From: Tubulanus polymorphus
Lineage: Eukaryota; Animalia; Nemertea
Direction of reading: 5' to 3'
Assembly (NCBI RefSeq): GCF_964204645.1
Contig: NC_134031.1
Span: forward strand, 20,839,910 to 20,903,909
DNA length: 64,000 nt
Shown here: in pieces, positions 36,101 to 49,300 of the stretch
Position numbering within the stretch: the stretch's first letter is position 1
How the letters are laid out: each line of letters starts with the position of its first letter
Notes under the pieces: model-generated
Database searches by the model: none
Seen by the model: the letters and a program-made list of their open reading frames with translations, nothing else
What the model was told of the DNA's origin: nothing
Position numbers and translations under genes: made by a program

Positions 36101-39007
36101 ATTAATTTCATTTCTTCGTTCAGCAGTCATCGTCTTATTGCCAAAATGGGCTTGATCGGAAAGAGGCTACGAAAGACGTTCGTCATTAAGTTTTCATATC
36201 GCTATCTCGATTCTAATACCCAGGGAACTGCGGAGTCAATTCACTGGAGCAATTTATCGAAACAGTTAAACTGGCTTTACAAAGAGCGCTGCGGTACTGA
36301 AACCAAAAGACGAGGTCTCGATGATCGACAGTTGAATTTCCTAAAATCAAAAATACCAGGTACTCTTCTGCATGTACGCGTTATTGCGATACATATAATT
36401 AATGGTTTTCATAAGCTGTCAATAAACAATAATAATTTTGTTGAAATTCTTTAGATATTGATGATCAAAGTGAAGATCCATCTATTTCATGGGATCAGTT
36501 CTATCGCAAAGTAAGTTGGCCCTGGATGATGCATCGTTTATTGTATATACTGTAATGACAGCGACTGCAAGTAGTTACTAACTGATGTATTGCTATGTTA
36601 GCCTTATACAGGCCTAGTATGGTATGAGTGAGTAGACTTTGCAAATTAGGTACAAATAGATAATCTGTTTATTAACTAAAACCCTATAGATGGCAACATA
36701 ATCCCATATATCATTGCGTAGTGGTACAAATCAGCGCTAGATTATTAACCATCCTTTTCAAGTTTTATGTTTCCTATAAAATCAAAAAGAGACGAAAAAC
36801 AGGCATTCGGTGAAATCATGCTGACATGTTATGCCAGATATACAACAGCAAGAACTTGAAATGAATTCGAAATCCGTTTTTCCTAGGATGAGATGAAACG
36901 CCATCAGAACTTCCAACAAGATTCTGTTTCGTTTTGGGGTTGGTTTTACGCCACACTGTATCTTGTACAAGAGTGTCTGACAGATATTTGGAATGATGGG
37001 TAAGAAAAATGTAGATTAGCAGAATGTCCGTGTTTCAGCTAAATGCATTCAATGGGGACCTTCCAACACTCCTGTGGCAAGCAAGGATCTGCCAGGTTCA
37101 TTAGTGGTTACTTCGTCTTGTTCAATTTCTTCTACATTTCAATGAACTTTTCTCTATAATGAATGAAAACTATGCCGATCACTGAGAAGAAAAATGAATT
37201 TAAAGTATATTTGGTGGGTCATGCGATAACGTATGGATTCAGGAATCTAAAAATCCAGTTTAAAGTTCATCGAGATCGAGTGTTCACCACGCCATGTGTA
37301 GGGATAGCTGCAGCTCCTTATTGATGACATCAGTTTATAAACCAGCCAGGATGGACCACGCTATGACTGATCCATGATGCTGGAGATAGAACTGGTTTAG
37401 GCACTGTATTGTGATGTGACTATGATATTTCAGTGAAATCGCATTGTTATTTCAATTACAGATTGATAGCTGGTTATATTAGTAAAGTCGATGCTGAAAA
37501 GATTCTGGCGAACTTGCCTGAAGGAAGTTTTATGCTACGTTTCAGCGAGAGCTACGTGAAATATTCGCCTTCATATCCGCATTCAGCTCTCAGCGCGATC
37601 TTCGTTCATCGAACTAAAAATCACATCAGTAAGTCTAGCATACGCAGCTCATCCATCAGACATTTAATACTTCCACTGGTTTATTTCATCAGCAATAGTG
37701 AATGTGTGACGTAAGGGGGGGGGGGTAGGGGGTTCCCGGCTCTGCATATTGATATCAACTGAAGTCCTTCCTCGAAACCATTATGTTTGGTGACGGATCA
37801 TGATCATCATTTGTCAATATGTTCATTGATTAGTATCCAACACAATCCTTTCGCTCACTATAAACAATCTATTGGGTTATTTTTGTATCTATGCATTTCA
37901 TCTACCAGTTTGTTAGTAATAACCCCTGAGCTACTGTTTAAATTCATCTCTATTAGACTTTTAAGGAAACTAGCACGAGGGTGCAGCCATAACGAACGTA
38001 ACTACTATACGCTATTGATTATGTATCTTTCAGCTAAAGCCATATCTGCAGATCCGTATTACTTTGAAGAGCTGAAGAATGCCAGAAAAGCGAATTGTTT
38101 CGGGTCATTATTACAGACGCTTACATTGATTTATGAAGGAGAAGTTATTTCTAGGCCATTGAAGGTGCTAATTGATCATAACCTCATTAATCATCCTTGT
38201 CAACTGGAAGAGGCTTTTCAAAAATATTTATGCCCTTGTAAGTTACTGTTGTATCATTTTGATAAAATCATTTGTTTTGAAATCGTTCATAGTACCATTT
38301 TGCGCAAACAATCGATTTAAAAAAGCACGTTTTGTTGATATTTTTATTTTCTCATTATTTAGTGGGTGAACTGGATGGATACATCCAAAGAGTTTCACAG
38401 AAATTACTTGACCGCGACGATGGACAGCAAGGTGTAGCACAGAGGTAAAAGCTCATTACTATGATTGTTAAGTTACTATGAATTTCTATATCAATTGTCT
38501 TCAAATGAGGGGTCAATGCATGTAATTTCTAAATATTCAAATCACAATTTTGACGAAGACATTGATGTGTTGCTTCTACTAAGAATTTCCATTATAGATA
38601 CTTTGTTTCTAGTTGCACTTAATTCTCATGCATCTAATTTTGACAGAGATACTCAAAGCGTGCGATCAACAAGCATGAGTCCACAATCTAATCCTAGTCC
38701 TCTCGATTTTATGATGATGCAGGTAGGTTTGATGATTTTCAATCGCCATAATGATTTTCCAGTATTCAATTGGGTGTTCTTCATTAATTTGTACGACGTA
38801 TCCTGTTTGTAGCATTCCCCCCTTGCTGCCGTGCCATCAACTGTGAATGAGTATGATCTGCAACGAGAAGGAATATTTGTTCCCGACGCTACAGATCCTC
38901 TTTTTAATAAAAACAACAGTAATAACATGACCTTCGAAGATGAATTAGTAAACGTACTTGATGAGTATCAGGAAGAATTCATTGAAAATGAACTCGGAAC
39001 AAAGTAA
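30146..39007 (+). CDS. Divergent STAT-family transcription factor, about 18 exons
   Basis: N-domain FRENLASWIEGIDW and FANNPSEFVDAMCRCILSE. DBD start SFVYISQP. Linker ALAALTWD, IHWSNLSKQLN, RGLDDRQLNFLKSK, ISWDQF, SFWGWFYATLYLV and IWNDGLIAGYISK. SH2 GSFMLRFSES. Tyrosine motif DGYI with the Tyr codon at 38380-38382. Acidic tail. Stop TAA at 39005-39007. Exons between 32.5 and 34.4 kb are less certain. Confidence 0.9.
31178..31401. mobile_element. MITE with degenerate GGGCGGATYTAGG-type TIRs in a STAT intron
   Basis: CATGGGCGGATTTAGG ... CCTAGATCTATGCCTG match at 10/16. Flanked by ACTGT on both sides. Confidence 0.6.
31696..32130 (+). repeat. 55-bp minisatellite, 8 near-identical copies (last partial), spanning a STAT exon end and its 5' splice site
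   Basis: Unit agctgactactcagcaactaacggtatgtgtacttcactttacactttattacca starts at 31696, 31751, 31806, 31861, 31916, 31971, 32026 and 32081. Confidence 0.97.
33454..33614. mobile_element. Tc1/mariner/pogo-type MITE
   Basis: TA|CAGTAGACTCCTC ... GAGGAGTCTACT inverted termini. Related TACAGT-type ends occur near 32171, 39060, 50425, 51652 and 60895. Confidence 0.75.
34590..34850 (+). mobile_element. SINE with a conserved central domain (Deu/Nin-like)
   Basis: gtgtccccggcatgacatttatcctcattgcctctcttcgccccggagtaaatgggtacctg resembles the widespread SINE core tgtgtccttgggcaagacactt...tgcctctctccacccaggtgtaaatgggtac. The comparison is from memory. Confidence 0.6.
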
Positions 39008-39357
39008 GCATAGCTTAAAGGTTGAGGTCCATTTTTGCTTCTGTGTATATAACACAGCTACAGTTGGACCTCTTTGCAAAGAACTTTAAAGTTTCCCGGT
39101 ACCGCATTTTCCGTTGTATAAGTGAAATTTTTTAGACCAAAAATCATATCCAAAATAATGAACGTCGACTTTCACACTAGGTACACTTTGCCAGTACTGT
39201 TCCGCAAAAATTTAGTCGTTAATCATTGTAGGTCTACTACTCATTGTGGTCACATCAGTGTTGTTCGTCATTGAAACTTATCTAACTAAACCAGAGACTG
39301 CATTTCTAGAATTGAGCGAAGATTTTGTAATTCGTCGGTTGTTTTTACATTTTGCTT

Positions 39358-39404
39358 CATCATCATCATCATCATCATTATCATCATCATCATCATCATC
39401 ATCA
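39358..39404. repeat. (CAT)n microsatellite in the probable STAT 3'UTR
   Basis: catcatcat run with one tat interruption. Confidence 0.95.
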
Positions 39405-40629
39405 TGGTCATAATCACGCATAGTAAACATAGCTTTAGCTCGATAGATCTCGCTGACTTTTCTATAGTCGAGTCAATTTGTCTTTTTAGTGAAAGATTAG
39501 CGCTCAACTTCTTTCAAGAATTTTCGCTGAATGCGTGAAATATCGGGGAATATATCATTATGGAAGACACAGAAATATACTTGTACACAAGCGATAATTG
39601 ATAACTAATTTTATATTAATCAGTTCATGGGCTGCTGCCAGCTGCCATGGTGCCCCTACGATCTAAGATCATGGATCATAGATAGATAGTTCATGGGCTG
39701 CAGTCGCTCAAAAGTTGGTTAAAGGTAACTGTAGGACAAACACGATAGTAACAATGAACCTCTAATTGTCACTATGTTAACTATATCCACTAGTTAACTC
39801 TCTAATGAACTTCTGTAGCCCCAGTTTTGTATATAGAGACAGTTAAAACAGTTTCAAAAATAAATAGTTTGAGTAACCTGTATCAATCAGCAGCTTTTCT
39901 GTCATGATGTTCACCATTGTTTGTTGAAGTCTTGAAAGCTCACTGGTGAAATGATTACAGTAACTGTTGGCATTCGTTGTCCATTCGTTCATTTTCAATT
40001 AACGCTAAAAAATGATACCTTGTTTCTCCTAATATGCCTATATAAAACTAGTAATCAGTTGGTTTCTATAGCTGCCAGGTGTGTTATGGCAAAATTGATC
40101 ATGATTTTTTTTAAAGTAATGTACAGTGTAAAAAGGCGGCTGTCCGGATCAACATTTAAGCTAAGCAGTGGATAATCTTCATTTATAACATACTTACCTG
40201 AATAAAATGAATGTTTTATATATCAAGTACCGGTATATGCAGAGATATTTCAGTCTCACAGCGAGAGGCTGTTCAAACAATTGTTAGGTTTTAACCACAG
40301 CTTGGGCTGTTGCAGTAAATAGAAAGTGTTGTGTGATATTTATGCTATATTTTGAATCGATGTTCATATCTAGTGTAAAGTCCTTAAATTATAATTGAAT
40401 GTAATTTGTAACAATGTATAATGAATAGATGTGCTAGATTTATTAAAAACTGGATTTTTGCATTTACTGCATGTCAGAACAAAAGATTAGGTCTTTTTAT
40501 TCAAATTCATGTGATAATGAACGATCCATCCCTCCGTGCTGATTTCACATGATTTCACTGCTTATTTTGGAGAAAATGTATTGTTTCTGGTTGATTTAAG
40601 ACAAGCAGAGGGTTCCACGGATATTACTA

Positions 40630-40800
40630 TAGACTCTGGTTGTTCAGTGATTGACCGTGGCTGAGTGCAGCGATGCCATCAGGTTCGAATCCCTGCTGTA
40701 GAACATGTAAGACGACACTAGAGATTTTTTAGGACAATTGAGGTTGTATGTTTTGTATTTGGGGTCTCTATGGAGAGCAATGTGCTGATCTTTCCTGTCT
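40630..40800 (+). mobile_element. tRNA-derived SINE remnant
   Basis: B-box GGTTCGAATCC at 40682-40692 with a degenerate A-box-like stretch upstream. Confidence 0.5.
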
Positions 40801-43002
40801 TAACCACAGAACAGTTCCACAGCATTTTAACCTGTAGATGCACTGCCCATTATTCAACACACTGGGTTGGAAACTTGCGGCTATTAATTAGTCAGCACTG
40901 AATGGGTTCTGAGGAAAAAATACCTTTGGTTAGCGTCCGCTGGTTTAAAAACCGACAAAGGTTTTAATTTATAACAGGGCCAAGTTCCAATGATGTACCG
41001 GTAAGTTAGATTTTACCTCGAGCCCGATGGTCAGATTTATAGATCAACTCCAGGCCTATTACATGAATGTGAACTAAAATCCGTTTTTAACAGGAGATAC
41101 ACGAAATCTTTATTTACAATTCATTAATATCAAATATTACATTTAATCTCTCATAACATTTATTTTACATATTCATAATAAACGATTAAATATCGAAAGA
41201 ATCCAATGTAAACAAGCAATTATTAGGACTTAACAAATAACAGAAATTCAGTAGATTCTAAGTTAAGATGAATTGATAGAAACTATTGATAAGAGAAGGC
41301 AATAAATGGTTTAGAGGTATATTGCAACCATGTGCTTTTTAACTCAACGTCATATTGGTTGTGAATCCCTGATTATTTTTTGTTATCATGTTTGGCAAGT
41401 CTCAAGCACTGGCGAACAATGACCTGACATGCAACACCTCTTTATTTCGATATCAAGCAATAAAGCAATACCTGGTATTGTATTGAATATTTATGCAAGA
41501 CTTTGTGGCACGAACTTAATTTTGTGCTCCATAAGCGATTTGACAAACTGACAATTATCTGGTCTTAGGATTTGAGCACTTTTTGTGGACTAAAAGTCTT
41601 CACAGATGATATAAGCATTAATTTTAATGATGTAGTTTACCAAAAACTAATGCAGATATCAATTTATAGCCAAGAAATAAAATTATCCCTTCAGATATCA
41701 CCAATGTACGGTGAATGTAATGGCAATCACTTTTTGAAAAGGTTGATTTTCATTAACAATTTCGATAAGTATGGAATGGACCCAGGCATGATACCTGCAT
41801 TAATCTCTAGATGATTTAGGTCCAATTCTCCCAGCATATGAGTAAATGGCTAAAAATTCATATTCACAAAAAATGTACAATATGTCTATTAACAATATGC
41901 TTATTTAGTTTACGTCATCTACATTACACCATCCTACATGACGAAAGCTCAACTATTTTGGTAGGTTGACCAGATTCTTTATAGTTACTCAAAAATGCAT
42001 ACTCAAGTTTAAGAATTGACAGAACTTCCTCTGGCAGCAGTATGTACATGAACTTTCAAATCAGAAAATATGATTGCATGGTAGTGCAGTTAATCTTTTA
42101 ATTTGTGTGTTAATGTCTGATTACTACTGGCTACCGGTATATAAGAAATTCAGTAAGATGAGGAAGGAGTTGATTTCCTCAAGCTTAGAAATAATTAGGC
42201 TACCTAACATCGATAAGCTTTTGATTTATTTATTGGTAATCTTTATCTGGAATTAAACAACCCTCGGCTAATGAAATAAGAAACCTTGTCGCAGATAGAT
42301 TGGGATATTGCTTTTAGTATCCTCTTCTTTCGCTGTACACATTTTTGCCCAGACATTCATTTGTGTAGTCCATGTTTGTACCTAAAGCCCACTAGCAATG
42401 AACTGTATTCATGAATGACTTTCAATAAGGAATTATTGCATTAACTACTGATATTCCATGTAAGTAATTTTTGATACATTAACGAATCTAGTTTTACGAT
42501 TCAAGCACATTTCAAACTCTCCCCCAATGATCTGAGAATTGATTGATAATACTGCAGTTTAGCACATATGAAAACTACTACATGAACCATAGTGTAGCCT
42601 GGAAACACCCCTTCACACATCACCGCTGTATTGTGACCGCTGTATTGCGACTTGTGAACTAAGTCTTGGCAATGACTTTGAAAGAGTTATGATCAAATGA
42701 TTCTATGTCTGGTATTACTAGTTTCTAGTCCATTTATTCGTACACTTCAACTAAAATCATCCTCTTAAGGAGAGGTCCTGAGATAGGAAGAATGGTGATA
42801 AAGTATTGGTCACTGTCTGAGGTAAACCAGACTACCTGATTAGTGGAATCTACCTAAACTTGAGAGTGATATCAAAAATAGTACGTACAGTTTAATCGAA
42901 AATGAACTAGAAATTATTCTGATTCTGATAATATTTTGATACTATCAAAGTAGTTGAATAGAAACTACTCTTGCACACTGTAGTAGTGGTAGTTGGGAGT
43001 GC

Positions 43003-43105
43003 AGGGTCCAGGCTGCCGATCTGCTGAGGGGGTGTAGGGTCCAGGCTGCCGGTCTGTTGAGGGGGTCCAGGCTGCCGGTCTGTTGAGGGGGTCTAGGCTG
43101 CCGAT
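43003..43105. repeat. G-rich tandem repeat, about 4 copies of a roughly 26-bp unit, just 3' of the PPP1R7 stop
   Basis: gtccaggctgccggtctgttgagggg repeated with variants. Confidence 0.85.
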
Positions 43106-43198
43106 ATGACGCACACAATCAGACTATCACAAATGAGACTCGTCGAAGTAAGAGTATGCTACCGGTAACTAAAACACGGAACGAGACGAGGACGGCAA

Positions 43199-46100
43199 TC
43201 AATGAGTTAACGTGGCGTCGATCTGCTTCACCCACGGTAAATACATCATTATCTTACGACGATACATCGGGTTTCCCTGTCGCGGGTTCGTCGCATCGAA
43301 CCAAATCGGATTACGTTCGAGGTAAATCGTATCCAACGATTTCATCGTTTTCAGTTCGTTTAAATCGTCCCAAGAATCGATTTGATTATCGTTAAACTGA
43401 AAAAAATAAAATCACCGATAAAAGTTTTATACTCGAAAAACACAATCGATTTATACAGACACATACGCAGCCTGCTAGACGCGTACTTACCCAAAATTCC
43501 TCTATTTCAATCAAGTGACCGACGTTTGATATTTTCCTGATTTTGTTATTCGCCAAGTCGAGCGTTGAAAGATTAATCTAGAAATATAAATACAGGAAAT
43601 TCAACAATGCGGGTCTTCGAGCGCGTCGGTTTCCATGGTTAAGGAAAAGATCATTTTATACGGATCATGAATTACCAGCACACCACTAGATGATGTGACC
43701 TATCGTATTTTTGACAAAATTTGAACTGAAGTTCTAGGCACCCAAATGCAAACACAGTAGAGCTAGGCTTGGACGCTGCCAACTAGGATTTCTGTCAAAC
43801 GCGGGGAAAACCAAATTCTATATCTCTTAGTTCAGACTATTTAGCACGGACCAATTTCGGCAGTTTTCAATTTGTCCGAGTTAGGAGAGCCACCAAAAAG
43901 ATATACAACCCACTTTTCTAGTGTGGAATTGAATAACTACTAGTGAACCTATAGCCGGTCCCCACATAATCCTCACTTGCCACAGTAAGCGGTACAGGTA
44001 TCCCATTAATAGTGAAATGAATAAAACGTACATTATTTTCTAAACCAGTAATATCTTCGATACCGTTATGACTTAGGTATAATTCCTGTAGATTTTCTAG
44101 TTTTTCGAGTCCTTCTATTTTCAATATACGGTTACTCTATAAAGAAAAATAATGAGAGCTTACAACAGTTTGATCGCGATTAATGAGTTTGACCACTAAA
44201 CTCCAAGCCAATGAAAATTTGAGAATCTGGAAGCTATTCTAAATTCTATTTGTCAATGAGAAACAAGGAAACAACTGAAATTTGGCAAAACTGTAAAGGA
44301 TTTCAGGGTATTGAGCATCTTACTTGCAAACTGAGTACTCTAAGATTTTTTAAGCTGTCAAGTCCTTCTATTTGCGTGATTTTGTTCTTCCCTAAATATA
44401 ACTTCTCCAGATGCACAAGCGCCGATAAATTTTCGATTTTCTGAAAAGCAGAACAGAAGGCAATTGATTCAAAGCCAAGTAAAAATCCAGCAACAGACAA
44501 TGGATTCAATGAAATATGAACATACTGAGCTCATTAATGTATATCGGCCTATATCAAAACAGGTATCAATCTTGCCTGAAACAGGCTCCAAATTGATGCA
44601 TGCATTAAAATTCTTAAAATCCACATTATGAAATCCTGACAATAAACATGGTCGAATTTTAACCTCGATAACAAGGGACGACTTATAGATCATGTGTGCT
44701 GGAGGTGAGCTATTTAAGAATTAGGGGGACACTGATATTGAAAGTGGTTAAGTTTTATCTAGTGGGTAGTGACGATGATTCACTCTTGTAATGCTAAAAC
44801 CATGCCAACTCATTTCTGCAGTGTTACAATATATCAGTGACAGGCGTAAAACCAAAACATGCCTTCATACTTCATGAAGACAGTCTGTGAGTTAACTCAC
44901 CCTTATTTTGTTATCTCCAAGCTCTAACATGGTCAGGTTGAGCATGTGTCCGATATTCTCAATTGTTGATAGTTTATTGTGCACGAGATAAAGTTCAACC
45001 AAATTCAAGTTGTCTAAATTTTCTATCTTTCCAATTCGATTGAATGAGACGTCCAGATGCCTGAAATTGAGCAACATCACTTTTTTATCAAGAATAAAAA
45101 GGTCCAGGGACTTCATGCCCCGCATAAATAGAAATACTACGTAGGCCTGATTCAACTAATCGACGCCCCCTGGTGAACGTATGCAGAAACCTTGAAAATA
45201 ATTACAATCACAGAAAATGTTATATGTACCGATATAAATTGAAATATTTAATATATTTCAATATCTACCCGGAAACTGATATGAATGAGAACTGGAAAAT
45301 TGTATCCATGACTACGAAACAAATAGACAAGTGTCGTAAAACTTGAATACAGTTGGGACTGATGAAATCGACCCAGTATATGAAAATATGTCATATTTCA
45401 TATACCGAGTACATTCATGTATAGATGGCCGAGAAAAGACATTAAAATGCAAATCTACGATCCGGATTAAGAGCAGGTTTGGTTTACTAGGTATTTACCG
45501 TAAGTTTGTAAGTGTATCGACTCCTTCAATATTTGTAATCTGATTATCGTATAAATCAAGCTCGGACAAAGTTGTCAACGGTTCCAAATTCTCGATTTTA
45601 GTCACTAAATTTTGTCGCACAGATAAGGTCTAAAATGATAATTTTAAAATATACAACGTTTAGATTTAACCAAAATTCAATGTACAGAATATATTAAAAT
45701 CGTAAAATTTGGTCCGGATATGGTTGTCGATCTATTTTCACAATAAAAATAGGACCTTGACCTACCTCTACACGGGTCAAGAAAGCGAGATCCCTAATTT
45801 TAGTTATTTTCTGGTGTATCAAGTCAACGTCCTGAAAAAACAGATTCCTGTGTTTTATTAAAATGTCTTCGCAATAGGTTATTGAAAATCAAAATATGTA
45901 ATTTTATGCGTACATAATAGGCCTAAATGAATGATCCCAAATGAGCCCATCACTGATTTAATCTTACCAGAGCATTTTTATCAATGTCTCTCCATAGATG
46001 TTCATCTTCACCATTCTGATTCTCAGTATCCATATTACTCGAGTTTCCTGCAAAAAAGTCGTTTTGAATCGGATCGATCATATCATCATCATGATGATAA

Positions 46101-46285
46101 TGAATCAATCAAAATTGAAATGGTGCGGTATCTAATAGGAAAACTTTAAATCAAAATTCAAATATGGAATGCCAGAATGCGCAGCAAACCGTCTCAGGGT
46201 ACAATATTGTTTATTGCCTCAGAAAAACTGAAAAATACACAAATGTAATAGTTATTTTACCGATTTTCTCGATGTTGTCAGCCAT
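43199..46285 (-). CDS. PPP1R7: Protein phosphatase 1 regulatory subunit 7 (sds22), LRR protein, 9 exons
   Basis: MADNIEKI ... DVDLIHQKITKI ... LSVRQNLVTKIENLEPLTTLSELDLYDNQITNIEG ... LDVSFNRIGKIENL ... LELGDNKIRKIENL ... LYLGKNKITQIEGL ... LYLSHNGIEDITGL ... FNDNQIDSWDDL ... IYLERNP ... YRRKIM ... VKQIDAT. These are SDS22-type LRRs plus LRR cap. ATG at 46285-46283; stop at 43201-43199. Confidence 0.95.
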
Positions 46286-46362
46286 ATTGTTACTGATAGA
46301 TTCTGGTGCGAGAGAAGGGTCGCTCCGAGAATATTCAAACACCGAGTATTGGCGCTGCTGCA

Positions 46363-49300
46363 ATGGCGTCCTGTCATTGCGATGAAGAATTTATGCGGCG
46401 AAATCAGGTTTTACAGGTGATTATTCATAGTAATTCGTGTTATAAAACTGTCGAGATAATGGAGAATGGTCACCGAAGAGCTAGTGAACCGGATTAATTT
46501 GAGGAGAATCACGCATCACTGCTTTCATTCATTAAAAAATAACTTCATTCTTCATCTGTGTCTCATATCAATCCAATTCAATCCCCATTGGCTGCCATTC
46601 CTTCCTACAAATGAATTCAATTCATCATTTTTAGGCAGGTGCAAATATATCCAATAAGGCAGCGTTATTCCTGTTAATTCCAATGAGTTTAAGTGATTTG
46701 ATGACTGAAGTGAGTTGTACTTCATTCCCAGTGCATTTTGCTGAGTAAAAGTATTATCTTTCACAGGACTTGTTACCAGCCGGATACGACTTCCGTGTTT
46801 GTTCGTTTGAATCATGCGATGATGGTTTTGTCGCGTCGATCTTCATGAAAATCACGACGAAAGAGGGCGCTCTGGAATGGTTGGCAGATTTCGAGCAGTC
46901 GTCGAAAACTACGTGGCGAAAGGATAAAACATACCCTCGTGAAACCGGCGCCAATCTATACAGAGTGAGGCTTAAATTTTGTACTTATGCTGTTTCATGC
47001 CCCCACCTACAACTGCCTTAAGAATAAAAAACAGTCTTGAAATGTTGCTTTGAGCTGATGATTTATTCAACGTTTTTGTCTTCATCCTGACGGTCTTCTT
47101 CAGTTCAGTATTTTCATCAATTACAGGTTGATCTTCGTTGTCAGCACAATACGAAGCCCAAAAATGAGCTAGCCAACTTGAAACTCTCGTCAAAAAACAC
47201 AAATTGTCCGGCGAAATTGAACATTGTTGTGAAAAAGTCCAAGATGAGAAATGGAAGAAAATCAAGGTAATTGGGTAATTACGTTCTCGTTTTCAAATAA
47301 ACTACATTTATTAGATGTATTCGAGGCTTATACATGGTCATGGACCCAGATCCACAAATTGTACATTACGATTTGACTCTTCATGAGATGCCACTGACAA
47401 TCCTGGTTATTACATTCAAATCGATTTAGTCTTTAAATAGTAACATTGCCTTCCTTTCTCAGCAATCGTTCACAATATTTAATTCTAAGGGTAATGCTCA
47501 CAATGCCCACAATGAAAGGATATTTAATCTCTATCCCATTAGATTATAGGGGCCTATGCAGATTGAATTCTGCCTCCATGCAATGCCTCAGTAAATACCA
47601 GCCTCTCAAGTCTGTTTATAAATTAGTGTCAAGGTCACTTCACAAGCTGCAGCATATGTAAGCTTAGTTCTGATTGGCTGGCTTGTTACTATCCAAGCCA
47701 TTCACAGTCATATGACCTAGGGTTAGGGTTAGCTGGCAGTCCTGAGTGGCTGTGATGTCACTGGTCACCTGACCTAGGGTTAGGGTTAGCTGGCAGTCAT
47801 GAGAGGTTGTGATGTCACTGGTCACCTGACCTAGGGTTAGGGTTAGCTGGCAGTCCTGAGTGGCTGTGATGTCACTGGTCACCTGACCTAGGGTTAGGGT
47901 TAGCTGGCAGTCATGAGAGGTTGTGATGTCACTGGTCACCTGACCTAGGGTTAGGGTTAGGTGGCAGTCATGAGTGCCTGTGATGTCACTGGTCACCTGA
48001 CCTAGGGTTAGGGTTAGCTTGCAGTCATGAGTGCCTGTGATGTCACTGGTCACCTGACCTAGGGTTAGGGTTAGCTGGCAGTCATGAGAGGTTGTGATGT
48101 CACTGGTCACCTGACCTAGGGTTAGGGTTAGGTGGCAGTCATGAGTGCCTGTGATGTCACTGGTCACCCAGGAGTTTTAGGCTTTTGCCCTGAAATTCTA
48201 AACATTGTGTCTCTCAGAAGATTTTGTACACTTTGACCCCTAAATGTTTAGACTGATTTTCTTAACCATTTTTAAGGGCTTATTTTATTGCAATGAATGA
48301 AGCTATTTATCCTGAAGTTTAGAAACAGTTCAATGAAGTTCATATTTTGGCTCTTGTAGGAACCCTGTTAAAAATGTAAAAACTCAAACTGACTGGATTT
48401 TATTTCTAAATTCAGATCGAAACACGCTCACATAACCAACGGTTATTTCATGCGCGTTCATTTATCGTTCAAACATAATCATCTGATTGATTCACCGGAT
48501 ACGTATCGTAAACGTGATGTTAACGCTGAAACTATCGATAAATTAAAACAGCTTTACGCCGCCGGACATAGCCCGACTTCAGCCTCAGACGTCATCAGAT
48601 TCCATCTCGAAGATAGATTCTACGACGATTATTTCATGAAATCGTCGGATAGAGCGGTAAATCCGGATTTCGGTTTCTGTTATCGGTAAGTTTGTGTTCT
48701 CGTCGGTCAAGAGAAAGTCGCAAACGCTGTTACTATGACAATACTGCGCCGCCCCAATTGTCGTTACGAGTTTACCAGACCTAATTCTATTTCGTTAGAG
48801 TAGTCTCTACTCTTATTAATTAAGAACTCAACTATTCTCAAAACTATGATCTAGATACTGTCAAATCAAAACTCTATTCAGTTAGAGCCATACCGGGTCT
48901 GGAACCGGACTCTAGAACTGTACTTTATTTGGAACCTGTCTTCAATTTCTGAAAAAGATGAATGTATTAATCTCCTTCACCTGTAGACAAAGGCCTGTAT
49001 ATTATACGTAATAGTTTTTTCTGGGCTTTATATTTCAGGCTGTACAGTAAAATATACGGTCACCCGTACAAGGCTCCGGATAAAGAGAATTTATTAATAG
49101 AACTCGAAGAAACGCTTAAAACGTATTGTACGGAACACGGCGTTCACCCGGAACAATTTGCTAAAGTTCGTATAACGCACGACGGTGAAACTTGTCTAGC
49201 TATATGTACGCCGTTGATGTTTCGCGTTCACCAAAAATGGGACACATCTTGCGAAATGGTGTTTGTTTATTCGCCACCGCCGGCGTCGAACGTCGATCGT

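Noticed and set aside
39286-39507. Poly-Met ORF
   Set aside because: Translation of the (CAT)n microsatellite on the minus strand.
47664-48167. 167-aa repetitive ORF (TSDIT..DC.LTLTLGQV)n
   Set aside because: By-product of a 57-bp (multiple of 3) minisatellite; starts at GTG and has no supporting gene structure.
47713-48168. True telomere or chromosome-fusion scar
   Set aside because: Only about two TTAGGG units per 57-bp monomer, all in one orientation, inside an intron of an intact gene.
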